NCBI RefSeq assembly: GCF_001194135.2
Contig: NC_068999.1
Location: 49,042,326 to 49,106,325, forward strand
From: Octopus bimaculoides
Lineage: Eukaryota
Direction of reading: 5' to 3'
DNA length: 64,000 bases
The notes beneath the pieces are model-generated. The model was not told the DNA's origin and did no database searches. It saw nothing but the letters and a program-made list of their open reading frames with translations. The translations under genes were made by a program, and so were the position numbers. The stretch's first letter is position 1. The number at the start of each line of letters is the position of its first letter. Shown here in pieces: positions 51,333 through 64,000 of the stretch.

Positions 51333-51720
51333 GTTGTGTGTGTATATATGTATATATATGATATATATATGATACTAATAATACAATGAATAATGCAATG
51401 TTTTAATTACGGCAGTTTACAACAGTGCGCTGGTGTTTGTTGTGTTGTGTGTTACGTGTTGTGTTTTGTCAGTCAGTTTGACTTAGTTATGTTATGTATG
51501 TGTGTGTGTGTATACGATCTGTGATGTGTGCGGTGCATGTGTGCGTTGTTGTTGTTTGTTGTTGGGTCGGCACCACCAGCCAAGCCAGCCAGCCAGCATC
51601 AGTCGACGTCGTCGTCGTCCTCCTCGTCCATGGAGTTACCCAAAAAAAACTAACAATTTGGAAGGTATAGGACGAAGAGAAGGAGGAAGGGGAGAGAGAG
51701 AGAGAGAGAACAGAAATATG
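51333..51720 (-). promoter_or_regulatory. Probable 5' UTR/TSS region of the RYK-like gene
   Basis: Locally CpG-rich, repeat-free sequence directly upstream of the ATG (gtcgacgtcgtcgtcg, gggtcggcacc), bordered by a long pyrimidine-rich sense-strand tract. The TSS position is inferred. Confidence 0.45.
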
Positions 51721-53150
51721 AGAGGGGGAGAGAGAGAGGGCGCAAAAGTGGTGGAGGAAAAGGAGGAGGAAACTAAGAGGAGAAAGAACGAAAGAGAAAG
51801 AGAGTAGGGGGAGGTGAAAGAGTAGAGGTAGGAGGGAAGATGAGACGGAAGCGGAGGAGGAGGAGGGAAAACCAAGAAACGGGGAGAAAGGAACCAAGAA
51901 ACTCAGAGGAAGGAGGTCGGAAGAATTATAAGAGGAGGAAGGCGGTCGGAAGAATTATAAGAGGAGGAAGAGGAAACCGAGAAACGAAGAAAGTAAAGAA
52001 GAAAGAGAAAAGAACAGCAGTAGGATGAGGAAGGAAGTCAGGGGGAGGAGGAGGAAAGGGAACTAAGAAGAGAAATGATAGTGAGAGGGGGGAGGGTCAA
52101 AAGAAGAATGAACGGAGAATGAGGGGAGAAGATAAATAATAAAACTACAAAAAAAAGAATCTTTAAAAATGGAAGAGAAAAAACCCAGCGGTAGGATGAG
52201 AAGATGAAAAGAGGGGAAAAAGACATGGAAGGGATATCAAGAGGAAGGAACTAAAAGAAAAAGAAAATGAACAGCGGTTTAAGAAAAGAAATGCGAAAAG
52301 GAAAGGGATTTTGTAGAAGAAGAATAAAAAAAACAGACAGCAGTAGAAATGGAATGGAACAGTGTTTAAGATAATAAAAAAAAGAGAAGGGAAGATGATG
52401 AAGAGGGAGAGAAAGAAGCAATATTAGCGAGATTGATCAGTAAATAGTAGATATTGTAAAGAGAAGTCGAATAAGAAGCATTTAGAAAAGAAAGTAAGCG
52501 GATTGCTAAGTTTAAAAAAGAAATGAGTTATCTTTTTTCTTTTTTTTAAAATTATTGATTAAAATGAAAGGCGATAAAATAAAGGAGAAATATTGGAAGC
52601 TGTGAGAGAATGAACGAAGAAGTCGCTGATTGAAAATCTAAGAACGGTGTTAAGTAGAATAAAAGAGGGTTTGGTGGAAGGATAAATAATCGAGATGGAT
52701 AGGTAGATATATATAAATAGAATGAAAGAAGGAAAGAATAGAGTTAGTCTTCGTGCCCCGTCATTCACGCGTGTCGCGTCGCAGCATCACTGCTATAATA
52801 GCAGGAACAACAATGATAGGTAGATAGATAGATTTTAAATAGTATATGCTATAGAGAGAGGGGGAGGGAGTAAGGTAAAGAAGAGAAAGTGACAAATAGA
52901 CAGAAACAGAAAAAAGAGACAAGGAGAAAGCAACATAAAAATAAGTATGAGAGTGAGAGAGATGGAGGAGGAGGAGGAAGGTAGAAAGTAGTAAGCAATA
53001 TAAAGATAGAGAGGAGAAAGCAACATAAAATAGAGAGAGAGAGAGAGAAAATAGAGCGTAGAAAGTAACATAAAAGAAGAGAGAGAGAGGGGGAAGAGAA
53101 AGAAGAATGCAACAGAAATAAAGACAGGGAGGAAGAGAGAGAGACGGCTA
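51660..53150 (+). repeat. ~1.5-kb purine-rich low-complexity tract upstream of the RYK-like exon
   Basis: Strongly G/A-skewed; includes a 29-bp tandem duplication at 51906-51963. Similar tracts at ~12740-12950, ~23480-24070, ~27500-28100 and ~62000-62230. Confidence 0.85.
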
Positions 53151-54885
53151 TATAACTATCATCAACAAGAAAGAAGTCATTAAAAAGTTTCGTATTAAAC
53201 TTAACTTTAATTATTTGAATTACCAAATGATAAATCCTTTTATTTTTTCTTATTATTTTTTCCAATATTTATTCAACGATTTATTATCAAGTTAGTCTCG
53301 TTTTTAGCAACTAAATCACCAATTTGAATGATATATATTTACCGGAAGAGATAAACCGGAAGTCTATACTATATTACCAAAGACAACACATTTCGTGTAT
53401 TTGTGTTGAAACATCTTTTATTTTGGCTACAAACGTTTTTGATTTCACTTTATTGACCTGGGGGTATGTACTTATTTTAATTTTTAGCCAAATTTCAATT
53501 ACCTCCAATAGGAAAGATATTTTGCTCATACATCTGTTTTAATAAGTCTGTAGATTTCCTTTTTATTTTCATCAAACATCAAAGGATGTTGTATCAAACA
53601 CGGCACCACTTATCAAACACGGTACATCTTATTTGTTTATGAAATTTGTTAATTTAAAGAAAGTTTTTATATTTAAATTTTATTTATTTCAGTTTATTTT
53701 TTTCAAATTTCAACTCATTTCATTTCAAGATTTCATTTAATATCAGTAATTCTATGGTAGCTGTATAAACAAAACATTCTTCGATTCCATCGAGAAGTGA
53801 ATAAGCTTTGTTTTCTTTTAAGATGTCATTCTTGAGATTTGCAATTTCTCGTTGTCATTCTCATCGATTTATTACTGATCATATCGATAAAATGTATGGG
53901 CAGTACTATTGATTCTTGTGTCATTTATCGGCATAACTACAGGGTTTTACCCTGTAGCTATGCCCATTTATTATGGCTATCAAATACAGTTCTTTTTTTA
54001 GAGACTAGTATGGGGCAACTTGAAATTGTGTATATATAGCTTATACGTTTATCTCTCTCTCTCCCTCTCTCTCTCTCACATACACCTCGCATATGTTTTG
54101 ACATTCAGTATTCCAGTGTTCAATCATCACACCTGACCGAATTGTTGAGTGCTCTTCACAATCATGAGGTTTCAGGTGGTTTAGATCCCACTGCAAGCAT
54201 GTGTCTTGTACCATAGTTTTGAATCAACCCAGGCCTTGCGGGTGGTGTAAACGTATGGAACCCGATCAAATAAACTGCTCTTATAACTCAAGGGTCAGTC
54301 TGGTCACACACAGACTCAGGGTGAGGGCTAAGGGCACGAAATATTAAAGTTATTCACACAATACCCTTATACCCAAGTTGGAACAATGTCGTTTCCACCC
54401 TAACCTATCAGCGATAACTAGGTGGTTGACTCGAAACCATTCTCTTTGGGATGTCTCCCCACATTCTACACACAACAAAATCTCATACTATAAAATTTCC
54501 CAAGTGTTTCACTAATGGCTGTACTGCAATAATTCATGCGAAAAATGCGACCTCCAACGCTTTGAGAAAATCACCCATCTGGCGTTTACCCAACAATGAA
54601 GACTTTCATCTAATATGCTGACATGCATATTGCATGCAGTCTTCTGCACTTCCACACAACAGCCGATCCTTTTTGTCTGATCTCTTATGAAAAGGATCTC
54701 TACCAACTTTTTGAAATCCTCCTTCTATTTCTCACATTGACCCCAGTGCATGACTGGTACTCATTTCGTTGAATCCGAAAGGATGAAAAGGCAAAGAAAA
54801 CATTGGTGGAATTTGAACTCAGATGGATGAAATGCCACTGAGCATGTTGACTGACATGCTAATGATCTTGCCAGTCCACTGCCTT

Positions 54886-54916
<31 letters not shown>

Positions 54917-55863
54917 GTAACCCTTTATACTATAGGCACAAAGCTTGAAATTTGGCGGGAGGGGATGAGTTGATTACATTGACCCCCAGTGTCTCACTGG
55001 TACTCAATTTGTCGACCCCGAAAAGATGACAGGCAAAGTCAATCCTGATGACATTTGAAGCCACTGAGTGGAAGTGGCATGAAGTCAGTAAGCACTGAAG
55101 AGCGGAGGCTATCCTTGTAGCAGAAGAAACGGCAGAGAGGAGACGGTGCTTCTGTGAGCAAGAGGCTGGAGTGTGGTGATTAGTAATTACATACCAATCG
55201 GCTTCATGGCTTTTTAGGTCTAGTTGGGTGTCTCACGTTTCTGCATTAAAACTCTTCTTGGATTAGTTGCTTTCCTTACTTACATAGCAAGTAGATACCA
55301 GTAATATTTTGGATTTGACTCAATGCACTATGTCCGTGTTGTTGTTTTCCATTGCTAAAACAGTAATGTAGTGCATACGCAGGGTAGTACTTTTGGGTCT
55401 ACTGTATAAAACTTTAGGTTGTTTTGGTCTGAGGGGACAGTAAGTTGCAGGGCTGTCTTAGACTGCACAAACTCTAACCAAGCCACTGTACTAAAGCAAA
55501 AAACAAATAAGATGTTTTGCTTTAGCATTATCATCATCATCATTATAATCATACTTCATGAGTATTCTCAAGAATAAAGAAAACAATTCGTATTGAATTG
55601 CATATATTTTGTATGATATCCTGTCTCTCTTGACTCATATTTGTTGGGTGTAAATTTGAAGAAACCTTTCACACAGATCTAATCTATTCCAGATGTTATT
55701 TGTTATGAAAGGCGAAAAATATGAAACCCTATAACAATTTGGAAAAAATACAGGATATGGTTTGAGGGTACATAAATATCGTCTGTGATAGTTAGGTTTT
55801 TTTTTTTTTAATATACATTGTTGGAATATCTGATTGCTGATTGGTTGGTTGAACCAATAAGAG

Positions 55864-56400
55864 AGCCTGTTTTCAACCATTCTTTTTTTTTTTTTGTCTG
55901 TGGACCCATTTGGTCCCTATTTTATTCAGGAGGGCCCACATAGTCATTCAGTGTTTTTTAAAAAAATCCTCTTATATTTTTAAGGCACTCTGTCGGTTTC
56001 AGCGATGAGGGTTCCAGGTGATCCAAGAGCCTTCTCATAAAATTAGCATGCAAGTAGCTGAGCTCTCCACAAACATGCTTACCCTTAATGTAGTTCTCAA
56101 GGATATACAGCGTGACACAGAATGTGATGAGGCTGGTCCTTTGAAATACTAGTACAACTCATTTTTGCCAGCTGAGTGGACTGGAGCAACATGAAATAAA
56201 GTGTCGCCAGGAATTGAACTCACGGCCTTATGATTGTGCGCCGAATATCTTAACCACTGAGCCACATGCCTTCACTATATCTTTATAATGAAATATTATT
56301 AAAATATTGTTTAAATATTTTGTGTATTTTAGAAGTAAAAGCAATTTATCACACATAAATTTTAACAAGAAAATCTTTGGACCCTGATTGAGAACCTCTA
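55864..56400 (+). mobile_element. hAT-Charlie-like MITE interrupted by a SINE C; uninterrupted relative at ~26785-26955
   Basis: Ends ctgttttcaacc-(T)n-gtggaccc ... ggaccctgattgagaacc resemble CAGTGGTTYTCAA Charlie TIRs; both copies share aatattttgtgtattt(t/g)(t)agaagta. Confidence 0.5.
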
Positions 56401-58320
56401 CATAGTCAACAGACTTGTTAAAAGTAGCAACCAAATCACTACTTTTCATTTTGAATAAGGAATGGACAAATTAGATAATGTGGTCTTAGTCTACACTATG
56501 CATGGACAACCTTTTTAAAGAAACCGCATCATGTGTGGTACCTTGGGCAAGTGTCTTCTACTATAGCCTCAGGCCAACCGATGTTGGTGCGTTTACGTCT
56601 CCATAACTTAGTGGTTTGACAAAAAAGACCAATAGAATAAGTGCTAGGCATAAGATAATCATTTATTTCTTTGCCATCTCAATTTCTTCACCTAGAAAAC
56701 CCTTCAAGGCAGTGCTCCAGCATGGCCACAGTCAAATGACTGAAACAAGTAAAAGTATAAAAGAATAAATATATATTTCTTTATCAAAAAAATCAACTGT
56801 AATTTATGCAGCTTTTAGAAACAAACCCTGACCATTAAATTGTTAAAAATGAATTATTTAAAATGGAATTGTAAAATTCGTTTTAAGAATTCATTGTTGT
56901 TGTGGTTAAAGTAGAAATATCATGACTAAATTTACTTCTATCTTTATTAAAGGTTTGTTAAATATCCTTTCATCACTCTTTTTTTTTTTTATCTATCCAT
57001 CCTTCAGTTTGATTTATTCTCAAGTTATTCATCATATGAATGAGTTCATTCTCCCTAAAAACCATGCAACCACACATCAATATACACTTAATTCAATACA
57101 CTCTGTTATTGAGGGCTTATGGGATTTTTTAATATCCTTTCTAGGGTTTTTTTGTTTTGTAAACTTAGTTTCCTGCCTGTTAAGTGAGACAGGGTTATGC
57201 CTTTTCCCAGGATACAACAGATTGACAGAGTGGTGCAATAGAATCCCATGGTGGTTATTCAGCCAAAAAAAGCCAATACTTTATAAACACCCACTTTTTT
57301 TTTCTTTTTCTTTTTCGCTATCTTTTACTTGTTTTTGTCATTGAGCAGCAGCCATGTTGGAGTACTGCCTTGAAGAGTTTTTTAAGTCAAACATATCTAC
57401 CCCAGTACTTATTTTTCAGATTTATTCTGTTGGTCTCTGCTGCAGGACCACGAAGTTATGAGGATATAAACAAAACACTGGTTTGTCAAGCAGTGAATGC
57501 ATACAAACACTTGACGCAAAGATATATATTTGTCCAAGTTGCAGTTCAGTAATACTGAACCCAAATCGACATGGTTGCCAAACAGTGAGCCCTTTAACCA
57601 CACAACTCATGTGTTTGGAAAGCCCTTCTTCCATCTCATTACTTATTCTTTCTTTTGTTTGCTCGAGAACACTTGGTGATGGCGCTTGTAGTGGTCTCTA
57701 TCACCATGATGCTACGTTTTACATGAAAGAGGTTTTTTGTATGTTTCTTGTAGGGTGGCTTTACTCTTCTCGTTTGCTAAGTAACCATTTCGAGTTGATA
57801 AATCCAGTGATTCATTCATCACTTTTCCTGTTCTCGCCTAACAACAGCTGTATTATTTAATATCTTTTTTTTGAGTCGAGATGCAAATTCGGTTCGGTTT
57901 ATTATCTTTTCAAAGCATTTACAGATGCTGTCTGGAAGCACGATAAGGTGGTAATCTGTGACATTTTCTGCAGTGTTTCACAGATACATACATATATATN
58001 NNNNNNNNNNNNNNNNNNNNNNNNNAACAGCTGTATTATTTAATATCTTTTTTTTGAGTCGAGATGCAAATTCGGTTCGGTTTATTATCTTTTCAAAGCA
58101 TTTACAGATGCTGTCTGGAAGCACGATAAGGTGGTAATCTGTGACATTTTCTGCAGTGTTTCACAGATACATATATATATATATATATTTGTATGTGTGT
58201 GTCTTTATATATATATATATATATACCACAGTTATTTTGTGTTCTTTGCTACATTGGTTTCTATTAACCCATTTATTCCATCTGAAGAATTTTTATTCAT
58301 TAAGATAGAAGAAATACACA

Positions 58321-58355
<35 letters not shown>

Positions 58356-58436
58356 ACATGTGTGTTTATATACATAAATATATGTGTGTGTGTGTATATG
58401 TGTATGTATATATATGTTTGTATATATATATATATA

Positions 58437-58492
<56 letters not shown>

Positions 58493-58790
58493 AATATATA
58501 CATATATATACACATATATATAATATACATAGACATGTTTAAACATTGTAAGAATATACGTAATACTCCTGTTTCAGATAAGACAGAGACACTGGCATGT
58601 TTACATGAGACAGCAGCAACAACAACAACAATAAAAATAAAAATTTTTTATTTTTTTAATTGTTTGAGAGTAGGAGAGTTGAAAAGTTTAGAATTCTTAT
58701 ACTTCTGACTTTATTCTCTACTTTTTTAGCTGACCTATATTATCTCAGCCGATTTACTTCTGTTGTGAAAATACCTTGTGCCTATTTTGC

Positions 58791-58836
<46 letters not shown>

Positions 58837-59599
58837 TCAGTAACAGTTGTTCATAATCTTTTTTTATCTTTTGTTTTTTTTTACTTATTGCAATCATTAC
58901 ACTGTGACCATACTGGGGCACCACCTTGAAGAATTTTAGTTGAATGAATCAACCCCAGTGCTTAGCAGTTTTTTTTGTTTTTGTTTTTAGCCTGGTATTT
59001 ATTCTATTAGTCTCTTTTACTGAAGTGCTAAGTGGTGGCGATGGCAGTGGGGATAAACAGAGACACACATAAACATAAATATTCGATGGGCTTCTCTCAG
59101 GTTCCATCTACCAAAGACACTTGCCCAAAGCACCATGCAGTGGGACTGAACTCGGAACCATGTGGTTGGGAAGCAAACTTCTTACCACACAGCCATGCCT
59201 GCACCTAAAAAAGAAAATCCTTATATATTTGTGTATGAATTGTTGGAAGCATTGAATTGAATCCTGTTTTTTTATACATGATATACCTTCTGCTACGGCT
59301 AAACCACTCATCCATGAACAAAAGTAATTACTTTTACTTTATTAAGTTGACAGGCTGAGACGAGATTAGTGTGTCTTAGCTGGGGAGGTGAGTTTGAATT
59401 CCATGTCTTTTTCATGGCTGCAACTGCATCCATAAATATTCTGGTTATGAAGTCGGGCTGCTTTGCTCTGAACATTATTTCTGTTTTTCCAAATATCCAT
59501 GCACATAAACATGGATACGATGATGAGTTTTGGAAATATTCATTATTATATAGCACCATTTTTAATCCCTTTGTGTGCGTGTGTGTGTGTGTGTAATGT

Positions 59600-59985
59600 C
59601 TGTCTTTTATCTTCTACTTGTTTCAGTCATTAGACTGTGGCCATGCTGGAGCACCGCCTTTAGTCGAGCAAATCAACCCCAGGTCTTATTCTTTGTAAGC
59701 CTAGTACTTATTCTATCGGTCTCTTTTGTCGNNNNNNNNNNNNNNNNNNNNNNNNNNNNNNNNNNNNNNNNNNNNNNNNNNNNNNNNNNNNNNNNNNNNN
59801 NNATATATATATATATACATATATACAACGGCCTTCTTTCAGTTTCCGTCTACCAAATCCACTCACAAGGCTTTGGTCGGTCCGCGGCTATAGTAGAAGA
59901 CACTTGCCCAAGATGCCACGCAGTGGGACTGAACCTGGAACCATGTGGTTGGTAAGCAAGCTACTTACCACACAGCCACTCCTGA
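59600..59985 (-). mobile_element. SINE A, young-looking full-length copy with gap at the internal microsatellite
   Basis: Near-consensus head and 3' domain. Other copies at ~8970-9160, ~17935-18170, ~46572-46680, ~47752-48010, ~48115-48225, ~56530-56765, ~57340-57610 and ~58900-59205. Confidence 0.85.
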
Positions 59986-60409
59986 TGACAATTTAAAATC
60001 AACAACATCTGTGAGAGAAAGGCCTTCCTTCAGGGAATATCAAGACAATTAAAAAAACAATGGATGCTCCATTGATTATGGACGGTGAGGGTTCCAGTTG
60101 GTCCGATCATCTGCTTGTGAAATTAAAAGTGCACTTCACAGATACATGTACCCTTCACAGACACATGTACCCTTCACATAGTTATCAGTGAGATTCAGCA
60201 TGATACAGAATGTGACAAAGTTTGGCCCCTTTGAATAACCGGGACAACTCGCTTTTACCAGCTGAGTGGACTGGAGCAACATGAAATAAAGTGTCTTGCT
60301 CAGTGACACAACGCACCGCTAAGAATCGAGCTAATGACCTTACAATCGTTAGCTGAATACCCCATCCATTAAGCCATGTGCTGTCTTCACATCAAGGCAA
60401 AATATGAAA

Positions 60410-60535
60410 CAGGAAGAACAGTGCAAGTTGTGCAGACAAGGATCCAACTGGAGAGATGCAGAAACAGTGGCCCAGAGTCAAGAATCGTAGAGAAAAGTTA
60501 CTGATGGCCCATGTTCCATAGGGACTGAAAGTCAA
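60410..60535 (+). pseudogene. Possible short RTE 3'-end remnant
   Basis: GSNWRDAETVAQSQES*RKVTDGPMFH resembles RTE termini of the W..LE..AQDR..WR..V.GLC type. Confidence 0.35.
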
Positions 60536-61584
60536 AAATAATTAGATGCCCCTTTCTTTGCTAAGGGTTTAGTGCAATGCCAGTGGCTGTGTAGGGGTTG
60601 TTGATCCTTTCACTCGCACCTTTTTCTGAACAACTTGGCCAGCTGTGACTTTCTCAAAGCTGTCTCTGGTGAACATCCAACACTTTTATTCATTTTTTTT
60701 TTTTTTTTTCCGACTGGAAATGATTACAGCTGGAATGCACTCGCTAATTAGTAACAAGCATGAGTTTCCGTGCAAGATTTGTGATGCATGCTGCAGAAAA
60801 AAAAAAAAAAATTCTGCTGAAAAGAGTTAATAAACCAACCACAGTTAAATATCTTGTTTCTCTCTTTCCCCCTCACTCTCTCTTACTTTTTCATAATATT
60901 TCATTCACCTCCTCCGCTTTTCCACGGGGACACACATACACAAAATTATGTTCCTTCAAAATGCCTTTACTAAATGCACTAAGAAATGGCTTTTGTTTTT
61001 CATTTTCTCTCTATATTTCATATTTTGAAATGAATGGCAAGGAATGAAGATAATTTCTTTTCATATGAATTATTCATAAGCATTTTCTTTTTCAAACCCC
61101 TCTTCATAACTGTCTTGTTTTTTTTTAATCTTCATTTATCGTCATTTTACATTCTGGGTTTCTTTTTTTGTATATTTTTTTCTCCTTACTGGATGTGTCT
61201 CATTCATTGTGGTTTGCATCAATTTACATACACAGCAATAGAGAAAACCAACCAGTTTATTGTTATTTATGACTTACAGTGTGAACTGGATACATTTCAT
61301 TGTGTCACCAGCCCTGGAGAGGTTGCCCCATGCAGGACTAAACAGTCCTAAAATCTCCCTTGTAGGGTTACTGCCCTCCTAGATATCTTCATCATCGTCA
61401 TCATTTAACATCTGCTTTCCATGTTGGCAGGGGTTAGACAGTTTGACTGGAACTGGTAAGCCAGAGAACTGTACCAGGTTCCAGTCTGACTTGGCATGGT
61501 TATTATGGCTGGATACCCTTCCTAATGCCAACCACTCCAAGAGTGTAATGGATGCTTTTTATGTGCCACGGCACAGGTGCCATT

Positions 61585-61820
61585 TACATGAATTGTTAGC
61601 ACGCTGGATGAAATGCTTATGGGTATTTCGCTCGTTGCTGTGTTCTGAGTTCAAATTCCACCGAGGTTGACTTTGCCATTTCATCTTTTCAGGATCGATA
61701 AATTAAGTACCAGTGAAACACTGGGGTTGATGTAATCGACTAGTCCCCTCCCGCCAAATTTCAGGCCGTGTGCCAACGGTAGAAAGGATTATTATTATTA
61801 TTATTATTATTATTATTGCT
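61585..61820 (+). mobile_element. SINE B copy with (ATT)n tail
   Basis: Near-consensus copy. Others at ~16140-16370, ~26535-26730, ~37700-37830 (-), ~38545-38690, ~43670-43870 (-) and ~54740-55035 (two, -). Confidence 0.8.
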
Positions 61821-63444
61821 ACTACTGTTGTTGTTGTTGTTAATATTTGAAAATTATTTTTTTTTAAATCAAACTAAAATATTAAATAAATTGAAAGTTG
61901 TGATGTCACTGAGTGTCTTCTGTATTACAGTTTTTGTTATGCAAGGAAGACATTTCAATATAGAATAGGAATACAGCGGGAGACAGAGGACAGGCAGAAG
62001 ATAGAGAGAGAGAGGGGGTGGGGTGAGTAGAGAGATCTGAGGAGATGGAGAAAGAGGAAGACTGGATGAGACTGGAATGGAAGAAAACTGAGTGAAAGAG
62101 ATTGTGAGAGAGAGAGAGAGAAGTGTAGATACATTAGAAATGGTGGAATGCTACAGAAAGTAAGGGAATGTTGTGATGTGGTATAGGAGAAGATAGAGAA
62201 ATAGGAAGAAAGGTAGAGAAGGGTGGTTAACCCCTTTTCTATATTGTAGACCATGGTGTTAATGTTTATGTTGTTCTTGTTGTTGGTGTTCAATATTAAA
62301 TATATATTTATGCATTTGAGCATGAATGGGCGTCCAAATTTATGCACATATATGCAAGTTTACTAGACTCTGAAAGGACTTTGATCCAATTAATGCATAA
62401 ACATACGTTTGCTGTGTGTGTGTGAATGTTTGGGTTTATGCGCATGTAGGTTTGTATGTGCATGGATACACATCTGAATGTGTGCAGTTTAATATATGTG
62501 TGTAAATGCCTAAGTGTGTATGATGAATATGTGCATATATGTGTGTGTAAATGTATGCATACATATGTGTATATATATGTATGTGTGTATGTATATATGT
62601 GTGTGTGTGTGTATGCAAGCCATGATAGCTATGCCCATGTGGGAGTATATATATGTATGTGTGTGCATATATATATATGAATATGCAGGTGAGCATAAAT
62701 GTATGCCTGTATGTATTTGTCTGCATACATGTATGCGTAAACAGTATTGTTTACTGTCAGATTCTGTAGCTTTAAATTTATTGTTCTTTGTAGACTGGAT
62801 GGGTCTGACGGAATAAGTGACCCCCATGGCTTTTGTGGGCCACCACTGCTACAATAATGGCTTCTACTGCCCCTCTAATGGCTCTGGTCCTCTGCTCAGT
62901 GACCCTATTCACCCCCTCCCTTGTTTTGTCATTACCCTTGCTGTGTCCACCCTCACTAATCACCACACCTTCCAAGAATTTTGGCTGTCCAGAATTATCT
63001 CTCTACTCCTGTCATTATAGTCAGTGTTGACTTGCATTGGTTCATGATAATATATGATTATGTTTGTATGTATATACATATATACAATGAAGGCAGTACA
63101 AGAGAATAGAGATAACAGTTGCTCGAAAGAGACTTCTTTTCGTGTTATCTGGAAATCTAGATGTCTACGCTAGAGTAATTTGTTGACAGCACCTCGGGCT
63201 TAACCAATGTGAGTGTTTACATCACTTTTGCAGCTATAGATATTACTTCCCAGATAAGCAAATTCGATGCAGTCGAGAGGTGTGCCAGATATTGTTTTGA
63301 TTGTTCCGTTTTGATTTAAGTTTATGTATTCTGTTTTTCTGATTTAATATGGAGACTGATACCTTTGGTTGAATGTTCAGAACTGTGGAGAAAGATTTCT
63401 GTTTGGCTTTTTAGATCAGAGAATAGCACCAAAACCACCAGCGT

Positions 63445-63938
63445 AATCTAGTGCAAGTGTCAATGAATGGTTGAATGACCAAAATCCAAGCTTCTCTGCT
63501 TGTTCCCCAACAGTTACAATGGGATTTTGTTCCACCAGGGTTTGCAGGATGTCCTCATTGAGCTCTACAGATCTTCCAGGATGAGGCTTGTCTTTTAAGG
63601 CTGTAGTTTCTGGAACCACCGTTGACACTGGCTTACGCTTATTGTCCAATCCCCATATACAGCATTAATATTCCTCGCACTTTCCGTTGCACTGTTGCCT
63701 TTATTGAACCCATAAAGCAAAACATGCTGAATATACTCCTCTGTCACTTGCATTATAGCTTTGAAAAAGTAACTGTTAAAATTGAACTGCACTCTTCAAA
63801 ACTTGCACTAAGAATAAGCACAAAGTAAAATCACTACCTGCTTTTATAGCAAGTTGATGCAGGTAGTTTATCCCTTCCTCCTCCGACTTTTAGTTCATGC
63901 AATTGATAAAACTGCATTATTTATGGGATGACCCAATG
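63445..63938 (-). mobile_element. 3'-truncated mariner element with transposase N-terminal HTH pseudogene (ATG at 63753)
   Basis: MQVTEEYIQHVLLYGFNKGNSATESARNINAVYGDWTISVSQCQRWFQK, a frameshift, then LKDKPHPGRSVELNEDILQTLVEQNPIVTV..AEKLG and GHSTIH. A mariner-like TIR (attgggtcatcccataaataatgcag) lies at ~63912-63937 next to TA. Confidence 0.88.
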
Positions 63939-64000
63939 TATGTATGTCTATCTGTCTCTCCCTCTCTTTCTCTCAATCTCTCTCTCTCTATACATATATA

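Noticed and set aside
51630-51664. Plus-strand first exon MELPKKTNNLEG|gtatag
   Set aside because: With the 8-A run as given, the ATG frame stops after MELPKKN; the convincing coding exon is on the minus strand.
57843-58185. Apparent ~155-bp tandem duplication
   Set aside because: The copies are essentially identical and separated only by Ns; most likely an assembly artefact.
61281-62870. LDLa-like peptide fragments (CELDTFHC at ~61.3 kb; LDGSD at ~62.8 kb)
   Set aside because: The cysteine spacing and DGxxDC core are missing, and the frames close quickly.

Overview
AT-rich, microsatellite-dense eukaryotic DNA with many N gaps. The repeat families look like those of an Octopus (coleoid cephalopod) genome; this is recognition from memory, not a search result. 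One host coding exon is recognisable, and it is too short for the ORF track: minus strand 51332..51212, MPSSTAVLLTALLIMASEWLYLVDSHLSLYMDSEETFKLL-G|gtaagt. It encodes a signal peptide plus the start of a WIF domain and ends in a phase-1 intron, best matching exon 1 of the Wnt receptor RYK/Derailed. I could not find exon 2, so bases 1-51211 are probably all first intron. The rest is a layered repeat landscape: at least four tRNA-headed SINE families, RTE LINE 3' ends of several ages, Tigger and mariner transposase relics, Tigger-, piggyBac- and hAT-type MITEs, a Helentron-like element, and a two-copy foldback element with a ~143-bp-arm hairpin. Almost all supplied ORFs are microsatellite, gap or repeat artefacts. 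I see no CRISPR array, rRNA, intact tRNA or clearly new multi-gene system. The best leads are the foldback element, the uORF-rich RYK leader, head-to-tail SINE arrays and intronic inverted repeats that could be ADAR substrates. Repeat boundaries were read by eye and are approximate.
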